64,000 bases of DNA from Asterias rubens (taxonomy: Eukaryota): the NCBI RefSeq assembly GCF_902459465.1, contig NC_047068.1, forward strand, positions 19,096,001-19,160,000, in the 5' to 3' direction. Shown here piece by piece: positions 36,157 through 46,742 of the stretch (its first letter is position 1; every line of letters begins with the position of its first letter). A program made the translations under genes and the position numbers. The notes beneath the pieces are model-generated. The model was given only the letters and a program-made list of their open reading frames with translations. It was not told the DNA's origin and did no database searches.

Positions 36157-36309
36157 CTGAAAAAAGGGTGAGTGAACAATTACTGGCTAGGAAATAATTT
36201 TCATTTATACTTATTGTTCAATCAACAAAGTTAAGTTGTAAAGAAGCAAATGTTTGAAACAGGCAAGGTTGAAAATATATTTGCCACAGATTTTGAATGT
36301 TGTGTTTAC

Positions 36310-36423
36310 CTGTTTGACAGAATACACCTGTAAACCCAACTGCACATTGACACTGGAATCCGTTCACTAAGTCAAGACAAATTCCTCCATTCATACAAGG
36401 TGAACTCACACATTCTAAAATAT
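36310..36423 (-). CDS. EGF exon, cassette C8
   Basis: 114 nt, AG/GT, C-type. Confidence 0.87.
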
Positions 36424-36520
36424 CTGCGCAATAAATTGAATTAAAATATAAGTAACATCCAAAATGATTTATTAGATTGGAAATTTGTTTGAGAATTCCG
36501 AAAAATGTATTATTACCAAC

Positions 36521-36634
36521 CTGTTTGACAGAAGGTTCCTGTGTAACCCGCTGGACACTGACACTGAAAACCATTCACTAAATCCAAGCATGTTGCTCCA
36601 TTCAAACATGGACTGCTTCCACATTCATTCACAT
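36521..36634 (-). CDS. EGF exon, cassette D8
   Basis: 114 nt; [16 protein letters not shown]..., D-type. Confidence 0.87.
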
Positions 36635-36761
36635 CTACAGCAACAAAATGGAACACATATAAAGCTGTGTATGTTTCGTACTGACATAATTTAAGTGGGA
36701 TGCATCATATCTCTTAACATAACATAATTAGTGCATTATCAATGTAGGAAGTTGGCCTAAC

Positions 36762-36875
36762 CTGTTTGACAGTTGATTCCATTAAATCCTAAAGCACAGT
36801 CGCATCTATAACCATTGATCAAGTCAACACAAGTAGCTCCATTCATACATGGCAGGCTGACACATTCCAAAATGG
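36762..36875 (-). CDS. EGF exon, A-type with divergent 5' end
   Basis: 114 nt; [37 protein letters not shown]. Confidence 0.88.
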
Positions 36876-37402
36876 CTGTAATGTAAATAAAGGAAACAAG
36901 AACAAAGTTACTTTTAAAAACAAAGTGCAGGAAGTAGCATTCATTTCATCAGTAACGCCACAAACAGACAAAAAGAAAAGGAAAAGAAGAAGTGAAAAAA
37001 TAGGTGCAGAATAATTAAATTATTTTATTTGTTTCATCGCATTTCCAATAACACAAGCGCCAAAAACAGAACAAATAGGAGACAACGAAGACATTTCCAG
37101 TTTCAGATGTAGGAGGAAAACCCCATTCGAGGAAAACCCACATGCAAGGCTTCAGTCTGAGGTGGGATGCGAACCGGGTCCACAGAAGTGAGACACAGAA
37201 GAAGAAAAAAAACCACTAAGCCAAACTGATCCCACATAAACAAACAACCAAATAAACCTAAAAATTGCTGCAAAAGATCCCAAGCACACAATAGCAATGA
37301 ACAAAAACTTTACAGCATAAACAACCATTTCAATTGACAAACATACCGGCCACATTGATGCTCCCATTCCCAGCTTTAATTCCTCATACCCAAAACTATC
37401 TT

Positions 37403-38130
37403 CTACACATCCCCTACCCCTTAAGCCGTTGGACTTTTTCTTCCGCTGCTATGCAGAAAGTTACATGTACCGTGCCTAGCTTTGGTCATTCGTACCCCGC
37501 TTGACTTATAATTCCACGACATTTGCATAGCCTTTTACAGCGTGGTTGCGCTAAGTTTACAGCATGGAGCTGTTCCCATTGTACTTTTAGCAGCCCTGTT
37601 AAGTGACTGTGGCTGCGCGGAACTCTTCCGTGACCTCTTTTCACCTGTTAGTTTTACATCATGGTCATGGTAAGTTTACCTTTGCATCCCCATTGGAATC
37701 GCAGTACTTTAACAAACAAAAAAGTCCAATGGGAACATGGCATCTACATGTATACCCTCAGTCTCCTCTAGCTTCCTTCTCCTTCATTGTACTGTTATAG
37801 TGAGCACACACTCCCCACCCACACCCAGTGGGTTTCAATAGGTTAAGTCCCAGCTCCAGCCTTTATTCTTCACCGAGCTACGCCCAGCTTATCTAGTTCC
37901 TGTTCCCGTCATCCCGCACCACCGAGCCAAGCCCATCTACCAGTTAATCCCAAACAAGGCAGTACATAAGCAGCATCCAGCAACATAGTCCAGCATTCTC
38001 CTGAAGACGATCAGAGCACACTGATCGAAACGTCAAGTCGTAAACCACTGGTTCTTTTTAGAACCAACATTACTCAAAAGACATATTCACATGGTGCTAC
38101 CGCAAACCTTTCTTAGTTATTCTTCCACCA
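37403..38130 (+). mobile_element. 728-bp insertion with a hammerhead motif, flanked by 31-bp direct repeats (Penelope-like/retrozyme-like)
   Basis: AGCTTTAATTCCTCATACCCAAAACTATCTT at 37372-37402 and 38131-38161. Confidence 0.7.
37996..38037 (+). ncRNA. Minimal type I hammerhead-ribozyme motif, near intact
   Basis: TTCTC CTGAAGA C GATCAG-AGCACA-CTGATC GAAAC GTC AAG: full core, 6-bp stem II, palindromic ACGT stem III, GUC triplet; stem I has a C-A mismatch. Confidence 0.75.
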
Positions 38131-38163
38131 AGCTTTAATTCCTCATACCCAAAACTATCTTAC

Positions 38164-38277
38164 AATTTTGACAGAATATTCCCTGATAGCCTGGTAGACA
38201 GTCACATCGGTAGCCACTGGGTAAGTCAATACAAGTTGCTCCATTCTCACATGAATGTGATACACAATCATTAATGT
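38164..38277 (-). CDS. EGF exon, B-type (older copy)
   Basis: 114 nt; [38 protein letters not shown]. Confidence 0.9.
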
Positions 38278-38622
38278 CTATAGTGGTAAACATAATATGA
38301 GTAAATAGTGATGAAGGATGTTAGAATAAATAAGACCTTATTCAATATTCATAAATACCTCATACAGTTTCGCTATTCCTATTGGTGGAGAGCGCGTCTT
38401 GTGGGGGTGTTTAAACGGTTGATAATGACTAGATGCAGCTGTTTATAACCGGTTGTTTTGGGATACATTAAGATGCATACTACACGCACGAATGTATATC
38501 CGAAAACTGTCTCAGTCATACAAATGCAACACACGTACAGATCTCAAGGATAAGTTTTACAGAGTTCCTGTACTTTATTATGCCTTTTAACCAAAACGGT
38601 ATTTCTGAATGGGAATAAATAA

Positions 38623-38764
38623 GTAGTGATTTGTTCTTAAACTGCCGTTTAAAACCTTGCAGGATCGTGGCCGTGCGATGAAGGCCCTCGCTTTCTGCTA
38701 GGGCCTTTATCGCACGGCCACGACCCTGCCGGTATTAACTGGCAGTTTAAGAACTCGTCACTAC
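38623..38764. mobile_element. Foldback/MITE-like palindrome
   Basis: GTAGTGA...TTCTTAAACTGCC...GGATCGTGGCCGTGCGAT / ATCGCACGGCCACGACC...GGCAGTTTAAGAA...TCACTAC. Confidence 0.8.
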
Positions 38765-39356
38765 CCTTTTATTCCCTTATTTACAGCCAAACTCAGGGCA
38801 CTTGGAATCACACCTAACAAAAAATACATGCAAATTAGCACAAACTCAAACAAAACATACTGATATACATATACATGTATATGGAGTAATTCTGGTGGGA
38901 GACTGCAGTCAATTAAACTCAATAATATAATAATAACATCAGGTTCTTGTATAGCACTTTGTTACACCCAGGGGCATAAACAAGTTTTTTTTCCTGCAAA
39001 GTATTGTGGAGCAATGTTTTTCAAGAATGAGGCCTACTCCTTTACATAGGCAAATTCATGGTTCACAATATGCAGCCAATCAAACCAGCAACACCAGGGT
39101 GAACCCATTCTCATTACGATACATGTAAGTGCACTGGGTTCTTTTACATGCATTACACAACGCACAGGACCAATTACTGTACATGTACATCCCTTCCGAA
39201 AGATGACCGGGACTCCAACCCACACTCTGCTGAGCAGAACTTGCGCATATATGCACAGTACTGTCTGCCACTGTACATGCCATATTTATTTTGTTTATTT
39301 GCGAGAAGCCACCCACTAAGGCACGGAAATAAAAAAAACATCAGTTGTATAAAACA

Positions 39357-39593
39357 ATGGACCCTTTCAATGATATGTCAATTGCACATTGCGCGTGCGC
39401 ACTAACACATTGCGTGTGCGCACTAACACTTGGCAAAATGAGGGAACATCGCGCTGTTTTGTACATGGCTAATGGCTGCGTGGCGCAGACGCGATTGTGC
39501 GTCTGCTTAGTGCACAACTCTATGGCGTTTGCCAACCAATAGGGTCTGTACGCATGCGTGAATGTAATTAGCATATTTCATGAAAAGGGTCCA
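39357..39593. mobile_element. MITE (related copy near 52210-52440)
   Basis: TIR AATGGACCCTTT / AAAGGGTCCATT. Confidence 0.7.
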
Positions 39594-39630
39594 TTATACG
39601 TAAGAGGTAGACTCATACACATGTACTTAC

Positions 39631-39738
39631 TTCTATCACAAAGGTCCCCAGTAAAGCCAGCTGCACATTGACATTGGAAACCATTGATCATATCAACGCA
39701 GACAGCTCCATTGAAGCATGGTAGACTTTCACATGCAC
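39631..39738 (-). CDS. EGF exon
   Basis: 108 nt; [35 protein letters not shown]. Confidence 0.88.
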
Positions 39739-40366
39739 CTGCAATTACAACAAGTCATTGGGTTGATCAAGCAATCTTTAATAATAATTATAATAATTTG
39801 GGAGGCTAATCATCCTTACTCGCAGCTAACAGCTGAATTGCAAAGGATACGGCTACGTGTTCAAGAAGCAGGCATGCAAGGGCACCTTTGGCTGCCAGCC
39901 ACATCTACCTATTATGACCACGGAGCACAGCCAGAGATTGAAAGTGTTTGATTTTTCCCAAGGGAAGAAAACCAGATGGTATGGGAAAACCCTCGTGGCA
40001 CAGCAGAGAACTAACGCGCAACTCATAACAGATGACCCATTGACCATCGTGATCATTACGTTAACACTCAGTGACCATGGAACAAGACAAATTAAAACCG
40101 GATGTTAGAGTAATGGGGTCGCGTCTGCTTTGATCTCTTAAAACCTAAGATAAACTGTATCAGGTTTAACTCAGTGATGTCTGAACGCAAGGGGAACAAC
40201 TTTTTACAACCACCTCGCAAGTTAAACCAGTTTGGGTCTAACAACACTGTCTGAACATACCCTATTTCAAAGTATTAAGGATTTGAACTGCCTTTAGTCT
40301 ACTGTCTCTACACACATCTGTGTAAACAAAATATATGTTAATGTTATTTGCGTTGCATTCACCAAC

Positions 40367-40480
40367 CTGTTTGACAGAAGGTTCCTGTGTAACCCGCTGG
40401 ACACTGACATTGAAAACCATTCACTAAATCCAAGCATGTTGCTCCATTCAAACATGCACTGCTTCCACATTCATTCACAT
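40367..40480 (-). CDS. EGF exon, D-type
   Basis: 114 nt, [20 protein letters not shown]... Confidence 0.88.
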
Positions 40481-40606
40481 CTACAACAAAAACATGGAAC
40501 AAATATAAAGCTGTGTATGTTTCGTACTGACATAATTTAAGTGGGATGCATCATATCTCTTAGAAAATATAATGTGTGTATTGTCAATGTAGGAAGTTAG
40601 CCTAAC

Positions 40607-40720
40607 CTGTTTGACAGTTGATTCCATTAAATCCTGAAGCACAGTCGCATCTATAACCATTGATTAAGTCAACACAAGTAGCTCCATTCATACACGGAAT
40701 ACTCAAACACTCCATGATAC
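40607..40720 (-). CDS. EGF exon, A-type
   Basis: 114 nt; [24 protein letters not shown]... Confidence 0.88.
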
Positions 40721-40842
40721 CTGAGGACAAATATGTCAAAATACCAACAATTACCAAAAAAATTCCATACCTTCATGATCACAAGTCAGCAAAATGTAAA
40801 AGGAAAGCAAAAAGTAAATGATGACCAAGAAATGGACTTTAC

Positions 40843-40956
40843 CATTTTGACAGAATATTCCCTGAAAGCCTGGTGGACAGTCACATCGGTAGCTATTGGG
40901 TAAGTCAATACAAGTTGCTCCATTCTCACATGAATGTGACATACACCCATCAATGT
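40843..40956 (-). CDS. EGF exon, B-type
   Basis: 114 nt; [38 protein letters not shown]. Confidence 0.88.
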
Positions 40957-41232
40957 CTGGACAAAAGGTAAACATTTTTGTATTATTGAAAGCTTTAACA
41001 TCTGAGCTTTCTAAGGTCACGTTGCAGGGGAATAAATAATGGAAACAATCACAATAATAACTTGGGAGGCTAATTATCCTTACTCGCAGCTAAGAGCTAA
41101 TTGCGAAGGACGCGGCTACAACGTGTTCGAGAAGCAGGCACCCATTATGACCACGAATCACAGCCAGAGATCGAAAGTGTTTGATTTTTTCAGATGGTCT
41201 GGGAAACGTAAAGTATCCCAAACATGACTAAC

Positions 41233-41346
41233 CTGTTTCACATAGACTCCCTGTGTATCCACTTGAGCATGCACACTGGAAACCATTCACTGAATCTAAA
41301 CAAACTCCTCCGTTCATACATGGGAAACTCACACATTCATTGAGAT
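41233..41346 (-). CDS. EGF exon, C-related
   Basis: 114 nt; [38 protein letters not shown]. Confidence 0.9.
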
Positions 41347-41452
41347 CTAGCAGGAAAATGGAAGCACAAAATAATGACAAGTAAAAGAATGCACTATGAC
41401 TATGGGATTTGAGGCATTGCATGTTGAGGTATCAATGTATATTTGGTTTGCG

Positions 41453-41839
41453 TTAAAGGCAGTGGACACTATTGGTAATTACTCAAAATATTTATCATCA
41501 TAAAATCTTTCTTGATTACATGTAATGGGGAGAGATAGATGGTATAAAACATTGTGAGAAACAGCTTCCTCTGAAGTGACGTAGTTTTCGAGAAAGAAGT
41601 AATTTTCTACGAATTTGATTTCGAGACCTAAAGTTTAGAATTTGAGGTCTCGAAATCAAGCATCAAAAAGCACATAACTTTGTGTGACAAGGGTGTTTTT
41701 TTCTTTCATTATTACCTCGCAACTTCAATGACCGATTGAGCTCAAATTTTCACAGGTTTGTTTTTGTATGCATATGTTGAGATACACCAACTGTGAAGAC
41801 TAGTCTTTGAATATTACAAATAGTGTCCACTGTCTTTAA
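41453..41839. mobile_element. TTAA-flanked MITE (Kolobok-like)
   Basis: TTAAAGGCAGTGGACACTATT...AATAGTGTCCACTGTCTTTAA. Confidence 0.8.
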
Positions 41840-42004
41840 TACCATGTGTTTAGATTATGTTCTTAAAGAATTGTCTTGCTATTAGTCTACAGCCTCATAC
41901 CCTCGCTCCTCTCCTGTATGTAGTTAATTCCTAGTTATTTATATAATGCTTGCTTTAACATTATATTAATTTTGTATTCTTTTAGCCGCTTTTGATTTTG
42001 ATTT

Positions 42005-42213
42005 TTGAGGTTGAACAAAGAATTGACTAGAGTGGGATTCGAACCAACGACCTCGGTATTAACGTGCCGGCGCTCTACCAACTGAGCTATCTAGCCCTAT
42101 ATTGGCGGTGTCCCTATTTTGTCAATATCTTTGTTCGGGGTGCCAGTCAGAAGCCATACAACCGTTAACTGCCGTGTAGCCAGGGATCACACCCAAATTA
42201 AGATACAACCTGG
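42005..42213 (-). mobile_element. Repeat with internal tRNA-like module (310-318-bp family), partial
   Basis: Ends at GATACAACCTGG, as does the copy at 10953. Confidence 0.78.
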
Positions 42214-42460
42214 CTTTTGATTTTGTTACATGTACCTCTCTTTGTACTGATGAATTCTCTTGTTGTACTATTTTCCAACTACAGTGTAGAATAAACGTCT
42301 TATTGAATTGAATTGAATTTTTTTTGGGGGGGGGGAATTCAGGAGACTTCTCTATTCCCGCAGAGTAGATTTTTGGAGTTCCAGGCATCTCAGTTCTGAA
42401 AAGAACTGTCCTGCTTTTTATCTACTATCTTGGCGTCAATGTAGGTAGGAAATTGGCTGA

Positions 42461-42647
42461 GACTTTCACTTAGTGGATCGAAGGGACTTCTCATTATTAA
42501 CTTCACTACTGCGGAGTGAGCTCTGTGTTCATGGCATGAAGGCATTCAATCAAGACTTTCACTTAGTGGATCCAAGGGACTTCTCATTATTAACTTCACT
42601 ACTGCGGAGTGAGCTCTGTGTTCATGGCATGAAGGCATTCAATCAAG
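42461..42647. repeat. 93-bp direct tandem duplication
   Basis: GACTTTCACTTAGTGGATC at 42461 and 42554. Confidence 0.9.
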
Positions 42648-42662
42648 TGTTGCTACCATTAC

Positions 42663-42776
42663 CTGTTTGACAGAATACACCTGTAAATCCAACTGTACAT
42701 TGACACTGGAATCCATTCACCAAGTCCAGACAGGTTCCTCCATTCAAACAAGGTGAACTTACACACTCTAAAATAT
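42663..42776 (-). CDS. EGF exon, C-type
   Basis: 114 nt; [38 protein letters not shown]. Confidence 0.9.
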
Positions 42777-42911
42777 CTGTAAATGCAAATATTAACATAA
42801 TTTTCAAAATTGATTACAATTATTACAGTTTCATAGTAAAAGAATGAAGACCTAAGAAAATAAACATTGAATTGATGGTACATGTAGTTAGAACAATCAA
42901 GCTCAACAAAC

Positions 42912-43025
42912 CTGTTTGACAATTGATTCCATTAAATCCTAAAGCACAGTCGCATCTATAACCATTGATCAAGTCAACACAAGTAGCTCCATTCATACAA
43001 GGAACACTGGAACACTCCATGATAC
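42912..43025 (-). CDS. EGF exon, A-type
   Basis: 114 nt; [37 protein letters not shown]. Confidence 0.9.
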
Positions 43026-43259
43026 CTGAGAATAATAAAGATAAAATATGAGAGGATAATAACAACAACAATAATATTAATAAAGACTTGTAATGCCCAC
43101 ATATCCACCCTGTTGGACGTTCAAGGCACAGTAAAAAAAATATTTAAAAAACAGTGGTAGAGAGTTGCAGATGTGCGGCGCAGCTGAATAAAAAGACCTG
43201 TCACCCCAGGAGTGTCAAGAGATTAGTTCATTGAAGAGAAGCATGGTACTGGATCAAAT

Positions 43260-43620
43260 AATAGTAATAATAACCCGTTTGTATATAGCGCTTTTCACAC
43301 CCGGAGGGCGTCCCAAAGCGCTTCACATTATTACCCCTGGTCACAGGGCCTTAATTCACTCCTTAAACCATCTGAGCTCCCTGGTGGGGAGTATACAGCC
43401 TTGTGCAACATTAATATGCGCTACTCGGCTAAATCAATCACAACCACCACCCCTGCCGTCACAGGTACCCATTTACCCCTGGGTGGAGAGAAGCAATTAT
43501 AGTTAAGTGTCTTGCTCAGGGACACAAGCGACACGACTGGGATTCGAACTCACACTCTGCTGAACAGAAGCACCAGAGCTTGAGTTCGGTGCTCTAATCC
43601 GCTCGGCCACAACACGACAT
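43260..43620 (-). mobile_element. tRNA-derived CORE-like SINE, near full length
   Basis: A-box GTGGCCGAGCGG, B-box GAGTTCGAATCCC, core TGTGTCCCTGAGCAAGACACTTAAC. Confidence 0.8.
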
Positions 43621-43629
43621 TCCTTGACG

Positions 43630-43925
43630 GTGTCTATTAAAGATATAGTTCTGCTTCGTCTCACCCCAACACTCTTGATCTGCTTAGATGTAGAACAAGG
43701 AGCCATTCCAACAGCTTTATTCCATGTACTGCATCTCTTTGGAACTCCTTGCCTGGTGCATGTTTCCCTCCATCCTACAATCTAGACTGTTTTAAGAGGC
43801 ATATAACATCCTACCTTCAGCTCCCCTGAGTTTTGTTCACATTTAATAATTTTTCTTCTTGTAGCACCATACTAAGAGTGGCTTTTAGCCTTTTTAAGGG
43901 CGAACTTGCATAACAAAAAAATAAT
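43630..43925 (+). mobile_element. CR1/Jockey-group LINE 3' fragment
   Basis: RTRSHSNSFIPCTASLWNSLPGACFPPSYNLDCFKRH. Confidence 0.7.
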
Positions 43926-44008
43926 TAATGGTAGAATTTATAACCTACGTGATCAAAAGTCAACACCATTCAAAAGAACAACACAATTGAAAAGGGAATA
44001 AACTTTAC

Positions 44009-44122
44009 CAATTTGACAGAATATTCCCTGATAGCCTGGTGCACAGTCACATCGGTAGCTATTGGGTAAGTCAATACAAGTTGCTCCGTTCTCACATGAA
44101 TGTGACATACACTCATCAACGC
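44009..44122 (-). CDS. EGF exon, B-type
   Basis: 114 nt; [37 protein letters not shown]. Confidence 0.9.
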
Positions 44123-44199
44123 CTGAACAAAAAAAGATGGGGGAAAAATATATGCAGTTATAAATTAAGCCTCATCATTCAATTGAAAAGAGGTTAAGT

Positions 44200-44520
44200 T
44201 TTGGCAGATATATCTGGCGCAAACCCTCAGAGCGCTGATTGGCAACAGGTGGGGTCTCTCTGCCAACACAATCATGGATCAAAAAGCCGCTTGGCTTGGC
44301 CATGCAGTACGCCAAGGTGGTCTTGCAGCAGCAGTGCTAGATGGAACCCCACTTGGACACCGTCGCGAGGTTACACGACCGAAACTCCACTGGGTCGGCA
44401 GCCCCACCAGGTGAAGTGGCCTCAGTGTGGTTGAACTAACTACAGCAACCCTACAGTGACACAAAATCACCCCTGCACCAGCCACACAACCCAGTAGAAG
44501 AGGACGGTTGATGTGTCAAC
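44200..44520 (+). mobile_element. RTE-like LINE 3' fragment
   Basis: KAAWLGHAVRQGGLAAAVLDGTPLGHRREVTRPKLHW resembles the RTE WLGH..R...G.R..GRP..W motif. Confidence 0.6.
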
Positions 44521-44626
44521 GGGCAGTAGCCTACATTGATTGCTGATAAGTTCTTTTATCTAAGAATCATGTTTGGAACGGTCTGTTTTTCAAAAAGATA
44601 TATTCAACAAATATGGTTTTGTTTAC

Positions 44627-44740
44627 CTATTTCACAGAATAAACCTGTAAATCCAACTGCACATTGACACTGGAATCCATTCACCAAGTCAAGACAAGTT
44701 CCTCCATTCGAACATGCACTGCTTTCACACTCATTCACCT
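44627..44740 (-). CDS. EGF exon, D/C hybrid
   Basis: 114 nt; [38 protein letters not shown]. Confidence 0.9.
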
Positions 44741-45134
44741 CTGCAACAAACCCACATTTTAGACAAATCAACACAAAATATTGTAAAGACTATGCAAGGG
44801 TCAAAACTTCAGGCCATAGTAACTGGGTTTCTTTTTTTCAATCATACCCAAGTCCTTTTGGTTGGTTAACAGCTTGCAATAACTAATTGTATTTGCTAGT
44901 GATATAATTTGCTCAGAAAGGTCTTTGGGTCTGGTGTAAGTAAGGACCCTTGGGCCTTAATCCTGGTACTGCTCTGGATTTGACAAAGATTTAAGATAGA
45001 TCCTAACAGCAAAATAATTGTAGTTGCCAAGTAAATTGTGATGTTACAATTAAATCAGTAAGGTAATACTGAGAGCCCATCTTTAGATGAATCTTAGTGC
45101 TTTGTGAAATTCAACTCTCAGTCTTAGTTTCAAA

Positions 45135-45385
45135 CCTTTGAGCAAGACACTATAATTGCTTCTCTCCACCCAGGGTGATCTGTGAGGGCAGAGCTGGATC
45201 TTGTGATTGATTTAGCTAGTGTGCTACATACTTAGTAGTACAGGCTGTATACTCCACAGGGAGCTGAGAATGTTTAAGGAATTAATTAAATGGCCCAGTG
45301 ACCAGGAGTTCTAATGATGCAAGCGCTTTGAGATGCCCTTCGGGTGTACAAAGCGCTACATCTTCATAAGAACTGAGTAACATTA
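45135..45385 (+). mobile_element. CORE-like SINE, 5'-truncated
   Basis: CCTTTGAGCAAGACAC...CTCTCCACCCAGG...AAGCGCTTTGAGATGCCCTTCGGGTG. Confidence 0.7.
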
Positions 45386-45466
45386 TTCTTATCTCAGTCT
45401 TGAAGTCAATGCTTTCATTACACAGAGTTTTACAGAATTAAAAGACATTTTCACTATGTGCACATC

Positions 45467-45661
45467 AGGGCCAAATTTCATATAGCTGCTTCAGCAGAAA
45501 ATATTGCTTAACAGTTTGCCGCTCAGCAGGAATGAGCAGGATACCAGTCACAAATTGTACATGTGATATATTAGTTTGGCCGGTAACCTTATTCTGGTCA
45601 GCAACACATACATGTAATTGTGCTTAGCTACTTTAAAGCAGCTCTATGAAATTAGGGCCTG
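45467..45661. mobile_element. MITE (relatives near 18320-18545 and 49980-50225)
   Basis: TIR CAGGGCCAAATTTCATATAGCTGCT / AGCAGCTCTATGAAATTAGGGCCTG. Confidence 0.75.
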
Positions 45662-45694
45662 TTTTTTTTTGGATAAATAATCAACAAGACTTAC

Positions 45695-45716
45695 CATTAC
45701 CAGAATGGGTTAATAT
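45695..45716 (-). pseudogene. 22-nt internally deleted EGF-like exon or candidate poison microexon
   Basis: TTGTTTCAG|ATATTAACCCATTCTGGTAATG|GTAAGT; reads (D)INPFW*. Confidence 0.45.
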
Positions 45717-46225
45717 CTGAAACAATGTTGGTATTAAATCCTAGGAATAGATGAATGACAATATGATGTTAATGTACAACAACGAAAATCAAACACAGTG
45801 GACATAAAGGGTTGATGTGTTGAATGTTAAAATGATCAAAACCACATGTGTAAAGTTACACTGATAGACACAAATGAAAAAACTAAATATTACATACAAT
45901 CATTAAAGTGGTCCGTTAGTAATACCAACTAGTTATTTATACATCTGCTAAAGTTGTGACATCTGCAAAACAAAGATTTCATTTAATCAGGAAGAAAACA
46001 AAGACAAACATAATGTGCACACAAGTAGTATACAAATTACAGTTCTGTGAATGTATTGTTAATGTTAACCACAAAAAAAGATATTACACCTGTTAAGATA
46101 AACCATTAATACATTTAAAACAAAGACAAGTTAGCTGATTAAAAAACAAAACAAAATACAAAGAAATGTTAAAATCAACAAGGACATATTATTTCAAATG
46201 AAAACCTGAATGCATAGACACTCAC

Positions 46226-46339
46226 CACTATCACATAAAGGTCCTTGCCAACCAAGTAGGCACTGGCACTGGTACCCATTTAACAGGTTCACGCAGTTAG
46301 CTCCATTCATGCATGGTAGACTTACGCACTCATCAATTT
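46226..46339 (-). CDS. EGF exon (Ca-binding type)
   Basis: 114 nt; [38 protein letters not shown]. Confidence 0.92.
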
Positions 46340-46450
46340 CTGCAACAGACATACCAAAATTCAAATTATATGAAAATATGAAAGTTTTAGTTCTTTTAGA
46401 CTTACCCGGAATACATGTGTTATACTTGCAGTCTGTTTCCCAAACTTGAC

Positions 46451-46579
46451 TAAGGACGTGGCCGAAAAGGAGACTTCGGCTACAGCTCTGGCCAAACTGC
46501 GCGCATCTGTCTATTCCTCAACAGATACACTGATCTAGCTGTGGCTGTAGCCGAAGTCACCGTTTCAGACACGTCCTTA
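46451..46579. mobile_element. Small MITE
   Basis: TAAGGACGTG...GACTTCGGCTACAGC / GCTGTAGCCGAAGTC...CACGTCCTTA. Confidence 0.8.
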
Positions 46580-46628
46580 CGAAGAGTACATGTGTTACCC
46601 TTCCAGTCTGGTGCCCAACTTAACTTAC

Positions 46629-46742
46629 CCACAGTACATGTGTTACCGTCCCAGCCTGGTGCACAGAGACATGTGAAGAAACCTTCCTCATTGACACATG
46701 TCGCATTGTTCTGACATGGACTACTGGAACATTCATTTATAT
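46629..46742 (-). CDS. EGF exon (Ca-binding type)
   Basis: 114 nt; [38 protein letters not shown]. Confidence 0.92.

Larger units (their letters stand above)
28797..36875 (-). repeat. Tandem array of a four-exon cassette (transcribed D-C-B-A), 8 full copies plus flanking A exon
   Basis: A-exon starts at 28899, 29809, 30779, 31897, 32856, 33915, 34873, 35823, 36762. Confidence 0.95.

Noticed and set aside
28899-36875. Dscam-style mutually exclusive exon clusters
   Set aside because: The exon types alternate D-C-B-A rather than forming same-type clusters, introns are long enough for normal splicing, and I saw no docking/selector complementarity. Not excluded without RNA data.
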